A DNA stretch of 64,000 nucleotides from Octopus sinensis (GCF_006345805.1 NC_043004.1:90830001-90894000), one strand, 5' to 3'; counted from the first letter of the stretch, positions 23,631-37,120 are shown. The notes: generated by a model not told the origin, from the sequence alone. Numbers and translations: made by a program.

Positions 23631-25479
23631 ATGTGTGTGTGTGTGTATATATATATGCTTATATCTATAAAAGAGAGTTTGTATGAGTATGTGTGTGTGT
23701 TCCTTATGCATTCCAAAACCAAGCTGCTGATTTTGATGTATGGGGTATCAAAAGATTCAGTACTATTTCCACTACCATTTAAACTTTATTTTCATTGACA
23801 TATTTCCGTTACAAAAATTTAAAATTATAACCTTTTCCATAACTCAACTATTGTAAACATTTTATACAACGATGACGGCAATGAGGTCACATTTTCTCTA
23901 TGAGTGTGTGCCTTAGAAGACATCCATCATTATGACACACACCTTCACTCACTCCCCCTCTCTCTCTCTCTCTCGCACGCACACACACACACACACACGT
24001 CCATTTCATATACATGTACATACATCTTTCTCTTTCTCATTTCCTTCACTTTCTGCTCTCTCTTTCTCTCCTTTTCACTTTCTCTTTTCTTTAAATTTCT
24101 ACTCTCCTCAAATCATAAAGAAATTAATTTTTACAGAATGACTGAGTGAAATTCAGAATGAGAAAAAGACAGAGAGACAAGAGAAAGAAACAGAAACAGA
24201 AAACAAGTTTCTATAGAAGTTGAAAGATGGGTAGCGGGTGTGAGACAGATGCTGATGTTTCATATCCTATGTAGGTTCTATAGCTGAAAGTGAAGGAAAG
24301 CCAGCACAAAATTGATACTGTATGTCCTATAGATGAAGGTAAAAGAAAGCAGCACAAAGAGAGGGGGAAGTGGGACAGAAGGGGGTGCTAAAACCTCAGA
24401 AACGAGGTCATGTCGCACAATTTTAAGGTCATTTTCACTTTTGTCTCATGTTTCAAGCGTTCATAGAATTAGGCTCTATCTTTCTCTTTCAATTTCTCAT
24501 TATAATATATGGAGACCTTCTGCTGTTAACATATTACAACTTTACTACATTTCCTTCTTTTGGAATTAAGAAAGGTATGCAAAATAATTTCCTTTGACAC
24601 ACACACACACACATAGTTAAAATTCTGTATGAATTATGTTATTCCTTGGTGTGACCTAAATTACAGCTCAAATCCTATGGAAATTACCTTTTCCTATTCT
24701 GTCATTCCTGTTTGTGATGAGCGTATTTCAAAACCTGATCTTCCATTTAAACTTACAAGGAAGTTATCTCAGAAATCCTGTTGTTTCTAGCATGTCTGTG
24801 ATGACATTTGCATATCCTCCCCGCTACTTATTTCTTTCCTCAATTTATTCACATTTCTATGTTTTCCATACAGGAGATTTGCCTTTCATCCAAAAGCAGG
24901 TAGCTGATGGGTGGCCGAGGAGGGGGAAAAATTAAATTTTCAAAAACAAATTATATTTCCCACATTTGTGATCGCTTATTTTTCCATGTGCATAATAAAA
25001 AACAAAATTCGAAAAAGTTAAAAATTTGGAAATTTTAGTGGGGAGTGGGGAAATTATAATTTTGAAAACATGATTTCTGGGCAAAATCATATTAACCCCT
25101 TTTTATTTCATGAAACAGTACATAGTTTGTGATCCTTCTTAAGAACGTAAATAACTTTCATGCAAATTGTACTCCACACTTCACTTCTGGACAAACAATA
25201 ATTTCCATTACGCCAGTGATCCACTCCTCTATATATCAGCTAACAGAATGCATTATGCTTATCAACACAGAGCATAACCAAATCATTCACACTTTACCTC
25301 TTCTTCTCATAATAACAGTATACAAATTGACATATGCCTTTTCCACATCTTTTCATTCGTTACTAAAAAATCAAATTATACAGTGCACAACTTCAAATTG
25401 CTATGTCTCCATCTTATATGTTCCTTAATCGTTCGCTCTTTTCAGCCATATCACCAAAACAAAGATATTCTCATTTATC

Positions 25480-25930
25480 TCCCCAAAAAAGGGCCACAAA
25501 GAAAACTGTCTCAATTTGTGCTCAAGAAATCTCACTTCAGCGATGTCCAAATGTGTAATATTTCTAAACGATCACCGATGGTTGAAGTTCTGTTCTAAAC
25601 TACATTTCTTGTCTGGGATGAATGCACGGTGGTACACTGTGGTGAACTAGAAACCCTAGATAGATCACTAAGAGATATTAGAAACAATACTGTCATTATG
25701 GAGTGCTTAACTGTTGTCCTTGCAGGGGATTTCTGTCAAATGTTACCAGTCATACCACGGGGTATGTGAGCTGATGGCATCTATGTATGTCTGAAGTTGT
25801 CACCTTTGTAGAGGTTTGTTCATCAGCTTTCATTAAGCAACTATATGCGAACTCATCTCTACAACAACCCCTTAGCTGAGGAATTCTTTCATCAACTTCT
25901 ACAAATTGGAAATGGCACCTTTCCATTGAA
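25480..25930 (+). pseudogene. Helitron RepHel PIF1-helicase fragment
   Basis: CNISKRS...FLVWDECT.VH...LETLDRSLRDIR...VVLAGDFCQMLPVIPRG...NYMR...LLQIGNG with in-frame stops. Confidence 0.88.
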
Positions 25931-26968
25931 ACAGAACAGCTCAGTAATGATTGACAGTGACATCGGTGTCACAGCTGGTGACACATAGGTATGGTAACAC
26001 CATGATGGCTACTCCAGTATAGGTATAGGCCTATGAATATGGTATAAAGAATGAGATGGGAGATCAAGGCTTCTGAAGCTCTGTGACACACATGATGTAA
26101 ACATTTGCAACATTAAGATCAGTCATCTGATTACCTACCTATTAGGTGAATATGTTAACTAGACAGACTAAACTCATCAGGAAATAGGATAGGCAACTAG
26201 TTGAGTAATGTGGGGCTGAATCAACTTGTTAATAAACACTTTTAACCCCAACAACATGTGTTGGGTTCTGTTTTCATTCATTTATATACCTACCTATGTC
26301 TGTGTATGTGTTTATGTGTACACTAGTCAACCAATGTTGTGTTTATGTCACTTTCTTTTACGTCCTCTAACTATTAATCTCATTTTTGCTAAAAAAAAAA
26401 AACACTTTAATATTTACACTTGCACCACATTTTGATCAGTTTGATCTAAGAGTAGTTTCTTCTTAAAAGCATAATTCATAACAGAATTATCACCCTTACT
26501 CCAGAAATAAAGGTTCCAAGTTCAAATCTAATGTGGAACTTTGTATACAACTAGGAATAAGATAGCTGGTTAAAATCAGAGATCAAACTGATCAAAGCAT
26601 TGTGTAGATAAAAATATTTTAAAAGAATTCATTTCTAAAAATCAATTTAGTACTCTGAAAAATTATCATCAAAGGAATTATCAATTCATTTGAGTCTAAT
26701 AAGATGGCTGTTCTACACTTATTTCTATATCGATGCAACATGATGATTTATCATAATTTATCCAAGAGACAGCCTGAGGAGAGAGTATGAAGACAGAAGT
26801 TGAATGAGGTTCAACCACTCAAGATCTTGGTTCTTAAGCTCAAAAATTCTCTTAGGGGTTTTAAACTACCAAATTTCTTCAGAGCAAGACTAATTATATG
26901 AAATCTCTTTCAGAATTAATCAGTGAATGATGGCTATATTAATTATTATTTTTGTTTATTTCTTTCAG

Positions 26969-27102
26969 TTTTTGGTGGAGAGAATTAAGTGTTCACTTGT
27001 TTTATCAACCGATCACTGTAAGACGTCTTCAGATTTATTGAGAAATCATAAAAAAGCTGGAAAATGAATAAGCTTGGAATGCATATACCACAGAAGGATA
27101 AG
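26969..27102 (+). other. Candidate upstream exon of the DIRAS gene
   Basis: Acceptor TTTATTTCTTTCAG|26969, donor AAG|GTAAAT at 27102. ATG 27064 is preceded by an in-frame TAA. Phase 0, matching the DIRAS acceptor. Confidence 0.4.
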
Positions 27103-27262
27103 GTAAATATCATTCTCTAATTTGACATTTTAATTCTTTAATTAGGTATCAAACTGATTTCTTACATGGTTGTGCTATTTACCTGAGATTTCGTGTTCAG
27201 AAACAACGACAATTAAGGGTAATGTGAGTGATTTAGTTGAGTAATGATGATTAAGGATTCCT

Positions 27263-27665
27263 GGAGTAGTTGTGTGGTAAGTAGCTTGCTTACCAGCCAC
27301 ATGGTTCCGGTTTCAGTCCCACTGCATGGCATCTTGGGCAAGTGTCTTCTGCTATAGCCCCGGGCCAACCAATGCCTTGTGAGTGGATTTGGTAGACGGA
27401 AACTGAAAAAAGCCCGTCGTATATATGTATATATATATATATGTGTGTGTGTGTTTGTGTGTCTGTGTTTGTCCCCCTAGCATTGCTTTACAACCGATGC
27501 TGGTGTGTTTATGTCCCCATCACTTAGCAGTTCGGTAAGAGAGACCGATAGAATAAGTACTGGGCTTCCAAAGAATAAGTCCCGGGGTCGATTTGCTCGA
27601 CTAAAGGCGGTGCTCCAGCATGGCCGCAGTCAAATGACTGAAACAAGTAAAAGAGTAAAAGAGTA
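27263..27665 (+). mobile_element. SINE family A, full length
   Basis: Same head, internal microsatellite and AAAAGAGTA tail as 22497-22905. Confidence 0.9.
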
Positions 27666-28496
27666 GTGATTAAAGATGAGTAGTGGTGATTAAGAATGGT
27701 CAAGAATAATCAATGATGACCAATAGTGATGAAAGATCAATTGGAGACTGGTCTTACTAAACTGGTACCAAACAACTTTTATTTTGATCATACATTACAA
27801 TGTTGAACATTACAATGCAACCAAACACTACTCAACATTAGATTGTTGTTGTTGCTGCTGTTGTTGTTTAATGTTTTACAGACGTTATCTTTCTGGGCTG
27901 CTAAGAATCAACTGTTTCGCTTACTGTGCAATACCAGTGATTAGCAGTAAACTACAAACCAGATGGTTGTTCAGGATGTAGAGAAAAGCTATCCACCCAA
28001 TTTCTTAAATGTTTTTTATTATATAGGATATTAAGACTAGTCACCATTTACAACTAATCAGTGGACCATGTTGTACACAAAAGATCAAGAAAATTTTTGA
28101 AAAGTCAACTCACCTGACTGACTATTATTTCCATCAATTACAAGCATTGGATTTCTACCAATCAAAGTACTTTACTGGTACATAGAGGGACATAACTAAC
28201 ACTACCATTTTTCAGCCAATGGAATGGCTACCTTTTTGGATATCTGCTCAGTTCTTTCAGTCCTTGGATTATGTTTTTTAAAGAGATTTTCAAAATATTG
28301 TAGGGTTTTATGTTCAAATGCAATACTGTGAAAGATGATTCTCTCACACTTGCCTCTCATATTTTCACTTTCACTCTCACACACACACAGTTAGAGATGG
28401 TAATGAACATTCTATGTGCAAACATACAACCTCATCTTTCACAGTCTCTGGGCTAACATACTAGCTATATAATATTAGTTATATATGGGGTAATCG

Positions 28497-28815
28497 TCAT
28501 CATCATCATCGTTTAACATCCGTTTTCCATGCTCGCACGGGTTGGACAGTTCGACCGGGGTCTGGGAAGCCAGGAGGCTGCACCAGGCTCCAGTCTGATC
28601 TGGCAGAGTTTCTACAGCTGGATGCCCTTCCTAACGCCAACCACTACGTGAGTGTAGTGGGTGCTTTTTACGTGTCACCAGCACAGGTGCCAGGGGAGTC
28701 TGGCATCGGCCACGTTCGGATGGTGCTTTTATGTGCCACCAGCACAGAAGCCAGTTAAGGCAGTGCTGGCATTGGCCACGTTCGGATGGTGCTTTTTACG
28801 TGCCACTGGCACAGA
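28497..28815 (-). mobile_element. RTE 3' UTR copy with tail
   Basis: (CAT)n-CGTTTAACATCCG..GGATGCCCTTCCTAACGCC; three UTR repeat units. Confidence 0.88.
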
Positions 28816-29149
28816 AGCCGCACAATTATATCTATTCATGTATATTAACTCAGAAACACATACAAACACATTGTTATCTTTCTGTAATTATAACATTTAT
28901 TCAACAGTCACTCATACTGGACTTCAATGTTCATGTTTTAAATTAGTTTGTTCTTGACTAACATCATAACTATTAGGCTGATAATTAACACACATTCTAC
29001 ATCTATATTTATCTATCAACACCCAGTAATAAATACTTTATACTCATTAAAGTACTAAATCCCTAATTCTTGAAGTGTTTTTTTTAAATATTCCTCTTAA
29101 AGCTACAACAAGCACCTGAACCCTGCAGCTACTGATCCTCCTCCTAGTC

Positions 29150-29620
29150 CTTATCATCAGTTTAAGAACCTTATTTTCTCCAGAGGCATCAGTTGGACAA
29201 ATCATTTGTAAATCATAATACCATTTGCCTCAATTATTTGTTAGTTCTTCTGTGATGGCCAGTTTCTCAAGATCTGACTCCTTCTTCCCACATTTTCTTC
29301 AGTCTTGCTTCATCATAGTTACCTTCTACCAATTGCAACCAATACTTTCTTGCTTGGCAGCCATTTACATTACATATCTAAACAAACACAGTCATCTCCC
29401 CTTTATGAATCAGCAAATGCCATTAGCATACAGCAATTTTTTCAGCTCCCTTATGCTTCACATTCCACTCAGATTAACATCACATTTCTAACAGACAATT
29501 TTCCATTCATTTCTCTCCAACCTCCATGCCTCATCTACATTCAGTGCCCCATATCTTATTAACATGTAGCACTACATTCCAGACATATGTCCATTACAAT
29601 CTGGTCTTTTGGTACAAAGC
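29150..29620 (-). mobile_element. Heavily decayed RTE ORF2 C-terminal fragment
   Basis: Minus strand W..RLERNE...C.V.L...S.REL..L remnants with many stops. Confidence 0.5.
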
Positions 29621-29799
29621 CAAAAAACCTTTTTGTTGCCAAGTGAGATTGACAGTGTATCAACAGGTTAGATAAATAAATCAGAATATTTCTGCTAAAA
29701 CAGATATATTCTGCTTTAATTAACTAATTAAACATTTGTGCTTAAATTTACATAATTTAAAATAGTTTAGTTAATTCAGTGAAAAGGAATATATTTTAC

Positions 29800-30420
29800 A
29801 AAAGAAAAAACAAAAAAAGGAGAAAGAAAAAACATCAATGAAGCACCATGTGCTTCAATTCGTCGCACACCACAAGGTTCAACAGAATCTTCTGCAGCAA
29901 GCCAACATACTTGTGATATGACCACAGGCGATGGTGAGGCTAAAGCATTGGTAAAGCCAAGCACCCTCCTGGTCATCACCTGACAGCTAGGTAAGGCAAA
30001 CTGCTAATGATGAGGAGAACTTCACTGTTAGTAGTCCAGTCCCTCCAAACATCTCAAATGCCACAGGCTGGAAGAGGTAGTTCACTGACAGGTCCTGATA
30101 CTTCGGGGTATTGTTCCATTCAGTTATGGAAGCAGTGACCCTCCAATTTACCACAGCATCCAGGATGTTGGAGGGAGAAAAAGAACCAGAGACTGTGGTG
30201 TCCCAGATGAGGCACCTACCTCTTCTCCAGGGACAGAGGGTAAGATCCTCTGGTCTCTTCTCATCACTTCTGGATAGCTTCACTGGTTCCAGAACTGAGG
30301 AGATATTAATCCAAGTTAAGGCTTGCTTAATGATTAAGTTTAGCTTGGTGTGATGAATGAAATGACCAGCATTTATGTGGCAAGACAGACCATGAAGACC
30401 TGTGGAGTTGAGGGGCCTAT
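29800..30420 (-). mobile_element. RLE-type (CRE-like) non-LTR element C-terminus
   Basis: GLHGLSC..H..LN.IIKQAL..LEP..LSRSDEKRPEDLTLCPW.RGRCLIWDTTV...KY..L...Y.FQPVAFE..G and GD.QE..WLYQ..S motifs. Confidence 0.72.
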
Positions 30421-30796
30421 AATTATTCTGCTCTAATTATCAAATTTATATATCCAATCTTATGTTAGGAATCAGGAATTAAATGTTCTCTTCTTTTTTA
30501 TTTACATTTTAAAATAAAAATATTTCATGTACTTTTTTGTTCTTTAAACTTTCTCATACACTCCTCTCGTCAGCTATATTCATCTTGTCATTGTTATTTA
30601 GTCAATTTGGAGATAGTCTACAAACAGCACAACTCCTTTAGCAGCACTTTTCTTTTAAGGTTAATCTTTTAGTGCATAGGCACTAAAATAACATCTGAGG
30701 TTTTATAAATAGCAGTAAAAGAATACCTTGTAATGCAATGATTATAATTCCTTGTGGATGTGAATAATAGACAATGTTCAGAAAGCTTGACAGAAC

Positions 30797-31117
30797 ATCA
30801 TCATCATCATCGTTTAACGTCCATTCTCCATGCTAGCATGGGTTGGACGGTTCGACCGGGGATCTGGGAAGCCAGAAGGCTGCACCAGGCTCCAGTCTGA
30901 TCTGGCAGTGTTTCTACAGCTGGATGCCCTTCCTAACACCAACCACTCCTTGAGTGTAGTGGGTGCTTTTTACGTGCCACCTGCACAGGTGCCAGGCAAG
31001 GCTGGCAACGGCCACGGTCAGACTGGTGCATTTTACGTGCCACCGGCATGGAAGCCAGTCGAGGCGGCACTGGCATCGGCCACGATTCAGATGGTGCTTT
31101 TTACGTGCCACCAGCAC
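30797..31117 (-). mobile_element. RTE 3' UTR copy with tail
   Basis: (CAT)n-CGTTTAACGTCC..; three UTR repeat units. Confidence 0.88.
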
Positions 31118-32127
31118 AACAATAATAATTTATTGGTAGAGGAATTGGTGATAGAATTAATTTGAAACTTGTTTGCCAGCATTCAGGGATAGGGCATAAC
31201 AGTGTCCTAGGTGAATAGTAGATATGCTTAAGATCCTTGTCATAGATTTACAAATCCAAAAAAGATGTATGCAGAAATATAACACTTATAGTTACTTCAT
31301 AATGTAAAAATATGGAACATGGCAAATACTTAAAGCCTCATAATCAGTTATTAAGTTATAGAATGTTTGTCCATTAAATATTTCCCACATGGTGTTGAGT
31401 TCAGACAGAAACATGACAATACGTGTTACTCTCCTGGAGGCCTGACTGGAACTGATGAAAAACTTTCCCATGCCTCATGACAGGCAGCAGTGTGTATCTG
31501 TTGTGATGCAATTTGTTACATACAATAAATAAGATAACCAGACAAGAGTAAAAACAAAGTAATGAACTAATAAATCTCTTTACGAACCAACAATCAAAAT
31601 TCCTTGTGAACTAACCAATTGACACCTTCTGACTTCACTGCAAACTAACACGAACTTTGCTTGACCCCAAACTCTGAACTTTTGAATTCCCTTGGATTGT
31701 TGCTATTTATACTTTACTTGGATCAGTCTATCTCTTGCAAGGGGGCATTGTAACTCTCATCACATCTCCCCTTTTGAGATTTCAACTACTGTGAGAAAGT
31801 GGAATTTCTTTTATTTTTCTTTTTTCTTTCCAGCACCTCTCCTTTTTCTTTTTAGCTGTTGCATCTTAATTGTTACCTGACTTTTAAAGTAGTATTGTTT
31901 GTTGCACACAGCACTTTTTCTTTTCATTGTACTAAGCTTCTTGTTTTTCATATTTTTTTGTTTAATTTAGTATCTTTTTCGTTTAGGTATTACTTTTAGA
32001 TATTCAGTCTGTTTTCATTTTCTGAAGCTAGTTCTATGGGGTTCAATATCTGTTGGTGCTGGCACTTCAAACATATCATAGCAGACTTCCATTGGTATTA
32101 CCCTTCGTTCTTCTGTATGTCTTATCT

Positions 32128-32706
32128 TTACTGGTTGAGGTGTGTCTTATGTTCCGAATGTTGTCCTATAATTAAATACCTCATGTTATTTAATCTTTTG
32201 ATTGCACAGCCATCCTCCCAACCTTCTTTACCATTTTTGTAATTTTTAAAATGAACTTTATCTCCTACTTTGAAATGTTTTGTTATATTTTTTGCACTTC
32301 CTTCAAGTGTATTTTTTGTCTTTCCTTTATATGTATTTTTTCCTGGCAATTATTTATCAAAGATCAATTTTATTTTACACATGAACATTAACTCTGCTGG
32401 TGACTTTCCTAAATTAGCATTTGGATTTGGCGTTATTCTATAAACTCTCAAAAATTTTGTTAGTGCCTCATCATTATCTAGTTCATTCATGGCTTTTCTT
32501 AGAGCTCTTTTGAATGCATCAACAAATCTTTCTGTCTGCACGTTTGACTTCAGATAGTAGGGCAGGGTAATGATGTGCCTTATAGCATGTACTATGCAGA
32601 AATTTCTTAATTCATATCCAGTGAATTGTGTTCCATTATCTGAAACTAATGTGTTTGAAACACCATATTGAGCAAATAACTCGAGTAGGAACTTTATTGC
32701 TGTCAT
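32128..32706 (-). pseudogene. Gypsy integrase core plus GPY/F region fragment
   Basis: LFAQYGVSNTLVSDNGTQF...YYLKSNVQTERFVDAFKRAL...YRITP...SPAELMF, then FKVGDKV. Confidence 0.88.
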
Positions 32707-32780
32707 TGTTGTGGGTTTATTACATCTGCATACCTCTGGCTACTTTATAACTGAATTCATTTTTGGACTTCTGTGAATAT

Positions 32781-33194
32781 ACTCTTTACTCTCTTTTACT
32801 TGTTTCAGTCATTTGACTGCGGCCATACTGGAGCACCACCTTTAATCGAGCAACTCGACCCCGGGACTTATTCTTTGTAAGCCCAGTACTTATTCTATCG
32901 GTCTCTTTTGCCGAACCACTAAGTGACGGGGACATAAACACACCAGCATCAGTTGTCAAGCAATGCTAGGGGGACAAACACAGACACACAAACACACACA
33001 TATACACATACATATATATATACATATATACGATGGGCTTCTTTCAGTTTCCGTCTACCAAATCCACTCACAAGGCTTTGGTCGGCCTGAGGCTATAGTA
33101 ATAGAAACTTGCCCAAGGTCCCACGCAGTGGGACTGAACCCGGAACCATGTGGTTGGTAAACAAGCTACTTACCACATAGCCACTCCTGCACCT
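32781..33194 (-). mobile_element. SINE family A, full length, nested in the LTR element
   Basis: Matches the family A consensus end to end. Confidence 0.9.
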
Positions 33195-34626
33195 ATGTAG
33201 TTCCAATAATTGTTGTTGTTGCTGTAATAGTTGCTTCTGCAACTCCTGTTGCTTTTGCAACTGTTCTATGGTAGCTAATAGGTCTTTTATTATTTAACAA
33301 GTTGTATCACAAACAAATTGTTACAAGTCCTATGTGATCTTCAAAACCCTTATCACCAGATGTTGTATCATAGTTTGTTATGTACAGTAAATTTGATAAC
33401 CAGGCAACAGTAAAAACAAAGTAATAAACTAAGAAGTCTCTTCATGAACTGCCAATCAATATTCCTTGTGAGACCAACTTCACTGCGAACTGTTGGAAGG
33501 AGAAAAAGAATCATAGACTGTGGTGTCCCAGATGAGGCACCTACCTCTTCTCCAGGGACAGAGGGTGAGATCCTCTGGTCTCTTCTCATCACTTCTGGAT
33601 AGCTTCATTGGTTCTAGAACTGAGGAGATATTAATCCAAGTTAAGGCTTGCTTAATGAACTCTGAACTTTTGAACTTACTTGGATTGTTACTATTTATTC
33701 TTTACTCGAACCAGTCTATCTCTAGCAAGGGAGCATTGTAACTCTCATCACAACAGTATCTATGCGCGAGGTAAAGCAGTTGGCTACACTAACCAAATCA
33801 CGCATAGATGAATAACAGTTCCACAAAAGGGAAATAGTGCTCTTACAGTCTCTTACTCTTTGCTATCCATAATCCAGTTTACAAGGTAGCAGCTTCATTT
33901 TTGCTAGTGCTGTCTCATAACTTTTAACAAATTCCTCTTGCGATGCAGCAGCCAATTTTTGACCTTAGGTAGCTACTGCTAAATCCAGGAGTCTTGGAGT
34001 CTTATGTTGAGTCAAGATGACTTGGAGATGCAGTTTGCTCTTCATCCTTTGCAGGTACAGTTGTTTCTGGTTAAAACAGACCTGGAAACAGAGTCAGTTA
34101 AAAGATAATTTTCTTCTTAATATCTAAGGTTTTCCTTAGATATTAAGATTTGAACACTGGATGCAGAGAGACTTTTGAACTGCGGCCTTGTGGAGGCTTG
34201 GATATTTCCCCAACAAGATTTGGTCACTGGATGCAGTGGAGCTTTTTTAAAATGCAGACTTGTTGGGGCACCATCTTGGAGGATTTTTGTCAAAAAATTG
34301 ATCCTAGTACTTATATTTTAAGTTTGATACTTATTCAATCAGTCTCTATTACTGAACCGTTAAGTCTCAGGGATGCAAACAAATTGGCACCAGTTGTCAA
34401 ACTACGAGGGAAGGAACAAACACACATAAATATATGATAGGCTTCAACACAGTTTCTACCTACCAAATACACTCACAAGGAATTGGTTGGCCCAGGATTT
34501 TAGTAGAAGACACTTACCTAAGGGGCAATACAGAGGGACTGAATCTGAAACCACATGTTTCCAAAGTGGGCTTCTTAAACACACAGGCATGCCTGTTCTT
34601 ACACAATGTGTGTGTGTGTGTGTATA

Positions 34627-34701
<75 letters not shown>

Positions 34702-34705
34702 ATAT

Positions 34706-34740
<35 letters not shown>

Positions 34741-35030
34741 CTTTTACTCTTTACTCGTTTCAGTCATTTGACTGCGGCCATGCTGGAGCACCACCCTTAG
34801 TCGAGCAAATCGACCCCGGGACTTATTCTTTGTAAGCCCAGTACTTATTCTATCGGTCTCTTTTGCCGAACCGCTAAGTGACGGGGATGTAAACACACCA
34901 GCATCGGTTGTCAAGCAATGCTAGGGGGACAAACACGGACACACAAACACATACACACACATACATATATATATATACATATATACAACAGGCTTCTTTC
35001 AGTTTCCATCTACCAAATCCACTCACAAGG
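34741..35030 (-). mobile_element. SINE family A, head replaced by an abutting CR1 3' end
   Basis: Family A sequence stops at CCACTCACAAGG, where CATGACTTTAGGAAAC (CR1) begins. Confidence 0.85.
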
Positions 35031-35325
35031 CATGACTTTAGGAAACATTTTTTCACGCTGAGAGTTGCTGAAGCATGGAACAAACTGCCGGCATCAGTTG
35101 TTAGTTGTTGGAGCACTGCATCCTTTAAAACTTCCATGCTTCCTGAGATTCGCCAACACTACACCTGATTTTCTCCCCTCCATACACACACAAGCATGTA
35201 TCTGACTCATGCATTGTTCGCTTTCCAGACATTTGTACATTACTGCATATACTTTATACGCACTTTCTGACAAGCTGTGGTGCACCTGAGCACTGTATAC
35301 AATAATTTCATTATTATTATTATAA
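35031..35325 (+). mobile_element. CR1-group LINE 3' end with (ATT)n tail
   Basis: HDFRKHFFTLRVAEAWNKLPASVV; homologous to 6830-7110. Confidence 0.82.
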
Positions 35326-35945
35326 TCACGGATTTGAATCGAAAACGAATGATTAGCGATTGGTTGATAAGGGAGGTAACTTATATTTAGGTTTCAATAA
35401 AAATGACTATTAATATTTCTACATTTATGTTTATATCTATAAATTTTAAAACAAAAAGTTAAGTTTGAATAGAATAAGTTATAGGGTCTGTAGTAGGAAA
35501 AGGATTAATTAAGGAAAAATTTATTATATGAATATGAAAACCCTTAGAAAATTGGAGAATGTTATTAAATTTCTGTAGTCTTTGATTTGGTGGGGAATAA
35601 AAGCAAATAAGAATAAAAGGCCATGTAACAAAATCAATTAAAAATTTAAACTAAATCAAGGGATTACAATAAATTAGTTTCATGACAGAAATGAAGATAT
35701 GCTTTTGAGCACGTATACAAACATACATATATATATATTTTATAAGAGAGAGAAGATGGAAGATAATAATAGTTCTTTCTAATATTAACATAAAGGCTTG
35801 AAATTTTGAGGGAAGGAGCAACATCAATTACTTTGACCCCAGTTCTTGAGTGGTATCAACCCCAAAAGGGTGAAAATAAAAGTTAGCTGTGGTGATAAGC
35901 ATTTTGTCTAACACACTAAAGATTCTGTTAGCTTGCAGTCTTGAT

Positions 35946-35949
<4 letters not shown>

Positions 35950-35997
<48 letters not shown>

Positions 35998-36003
35998 GTA
36001 AAA

Positions 36004-36039
<36 letters not shown>

Positions 36040-36277
36040 GTCGTCGTCGTCATCATTGTCGTCGTCATCATCATCATCATCATCATAATAATAATAATAA
36101 TAATAATCATCATCATCATCATCATCATCGTTTAACGTCCGTTTTCCATGCTAGCATGGGTTGGACGGTTCAACTGGGGTCTGGGAAGCCAGAAGGCTGC
36201 GTCAGGCCCAGTCTGATCTGGCAGTGTTTCTACGGCTTGATGCCCTCCCTAACGCCAACCACTCCCAGAGTGTAGAC

Positions 36278-36325
<48 letters not shown>

Positions 36326-36569
36326 CCTTTCTACTATAGGTACAAGGCCTGAAATTTATGGGGTGGGGGTAAGAAATTTGGTGGAGGGGACTAGTTGATT
36401 ACATCAACTCCAGTGTTTCACTGGTGCTTAATTTATTGAACCTGAATGGCAAAGTCAACCTTGGTGAAATTTGAACTCAGAATGTAAAGATGGATGAAAT
36501 GTCGCTAAGCATTTCATTTGGTGTGTTAACAATTCTGCCAGCTCACCGCATTAATAATAATAATAATGA

Positions 36570-36656
<87 letters not shown>

Positions 36657-36672
36657 TAACAATAGTAATAAT

Positions 36673-36724
<52 letters not shown>
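35950..36724. repeat. Compound (AAT)/(GAT)/(CAT)/(AGT)/(AGC) trinucleotide tracts with embedded RTE tail (36108-36275, minus) and SINE B (36325-36550, minus)
   Basis: Directly visible. Confidence 0.85.
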
Positions 36725-36873
36725 TGATTGCTACCTAACTCAGATACCAGGAAGCCCCAAAATGGCAGAAATTCAAAAGATAGTGCTCATGGTAACTGCT
36801 CATATCCTACGCAAAATACTTTCTATGTAATCTCAAGGTTTAAAACAAACAATTTTTATTTTATTTATTTATT

Positions 36874-36948
<75 letters not shown>

Positions 36949-37104
36949 TTATTAGACATTCACTAGTACAACACCAAAAAAAAACCCAAATGTATGGCAT
37001 ACTAGGCATAACAACAACATGAACTTCCAACCTGTTGTCTCTTGAGGTCTCTGGGTGAGACTTGGAGCCAACTTGTACAAATATAAAGCAAAAGTCAAAC
37101 ATAG
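36725..37104 (+). mobile_element. R4/Dong-like LINE 3' end, flanked by (AAT)n
   Basis: IPGSPKMAEIQKIVLMVTAHILRKILSM* resembles the RLE C-terminus. Second copy at 43402-43702. Confidence 0.7.
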
Positions 37105-37120
37105 AATAATAATAATAATA

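Larger units (their letters stand above)
31499..33755 (-). mobile_element. Internally deleted Ty3/Gypsy LTR retrotransposon with both LTRs
   Basis: LTRs 33361-33755 (5') and 31499-31764 (3'). 5-bp TSD GTATC at 31494-31498 and 33756-33760. PBS TGGTGATAAGG 2 nt after the 5' LTR; PPT AAAAGGGGAGA; Q-rich gag start at about 33200-33290. Confidence 0.85.

Noticed and set aside
26130-26185. Minus-strand CTGATGA with ACCTA/TAGGT hairpin
   Set aside because: The GAAA element is missing and stem I is poor; too degenerate to call.
33790-34110. Protein-like minus-strand segment (LAAASQEEFVKSYETALAKMK) after an acceptor-like site
   Set aside because: Requires frameshifts and stops, and has no recognisable family motif.
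35889-36738. Poly-N/D/H/S ORFs, and similar ones at 41477-42308
   Set aside because: Compound trinucleotide tracts with embedded TE fragments; no splice or codon evidence.
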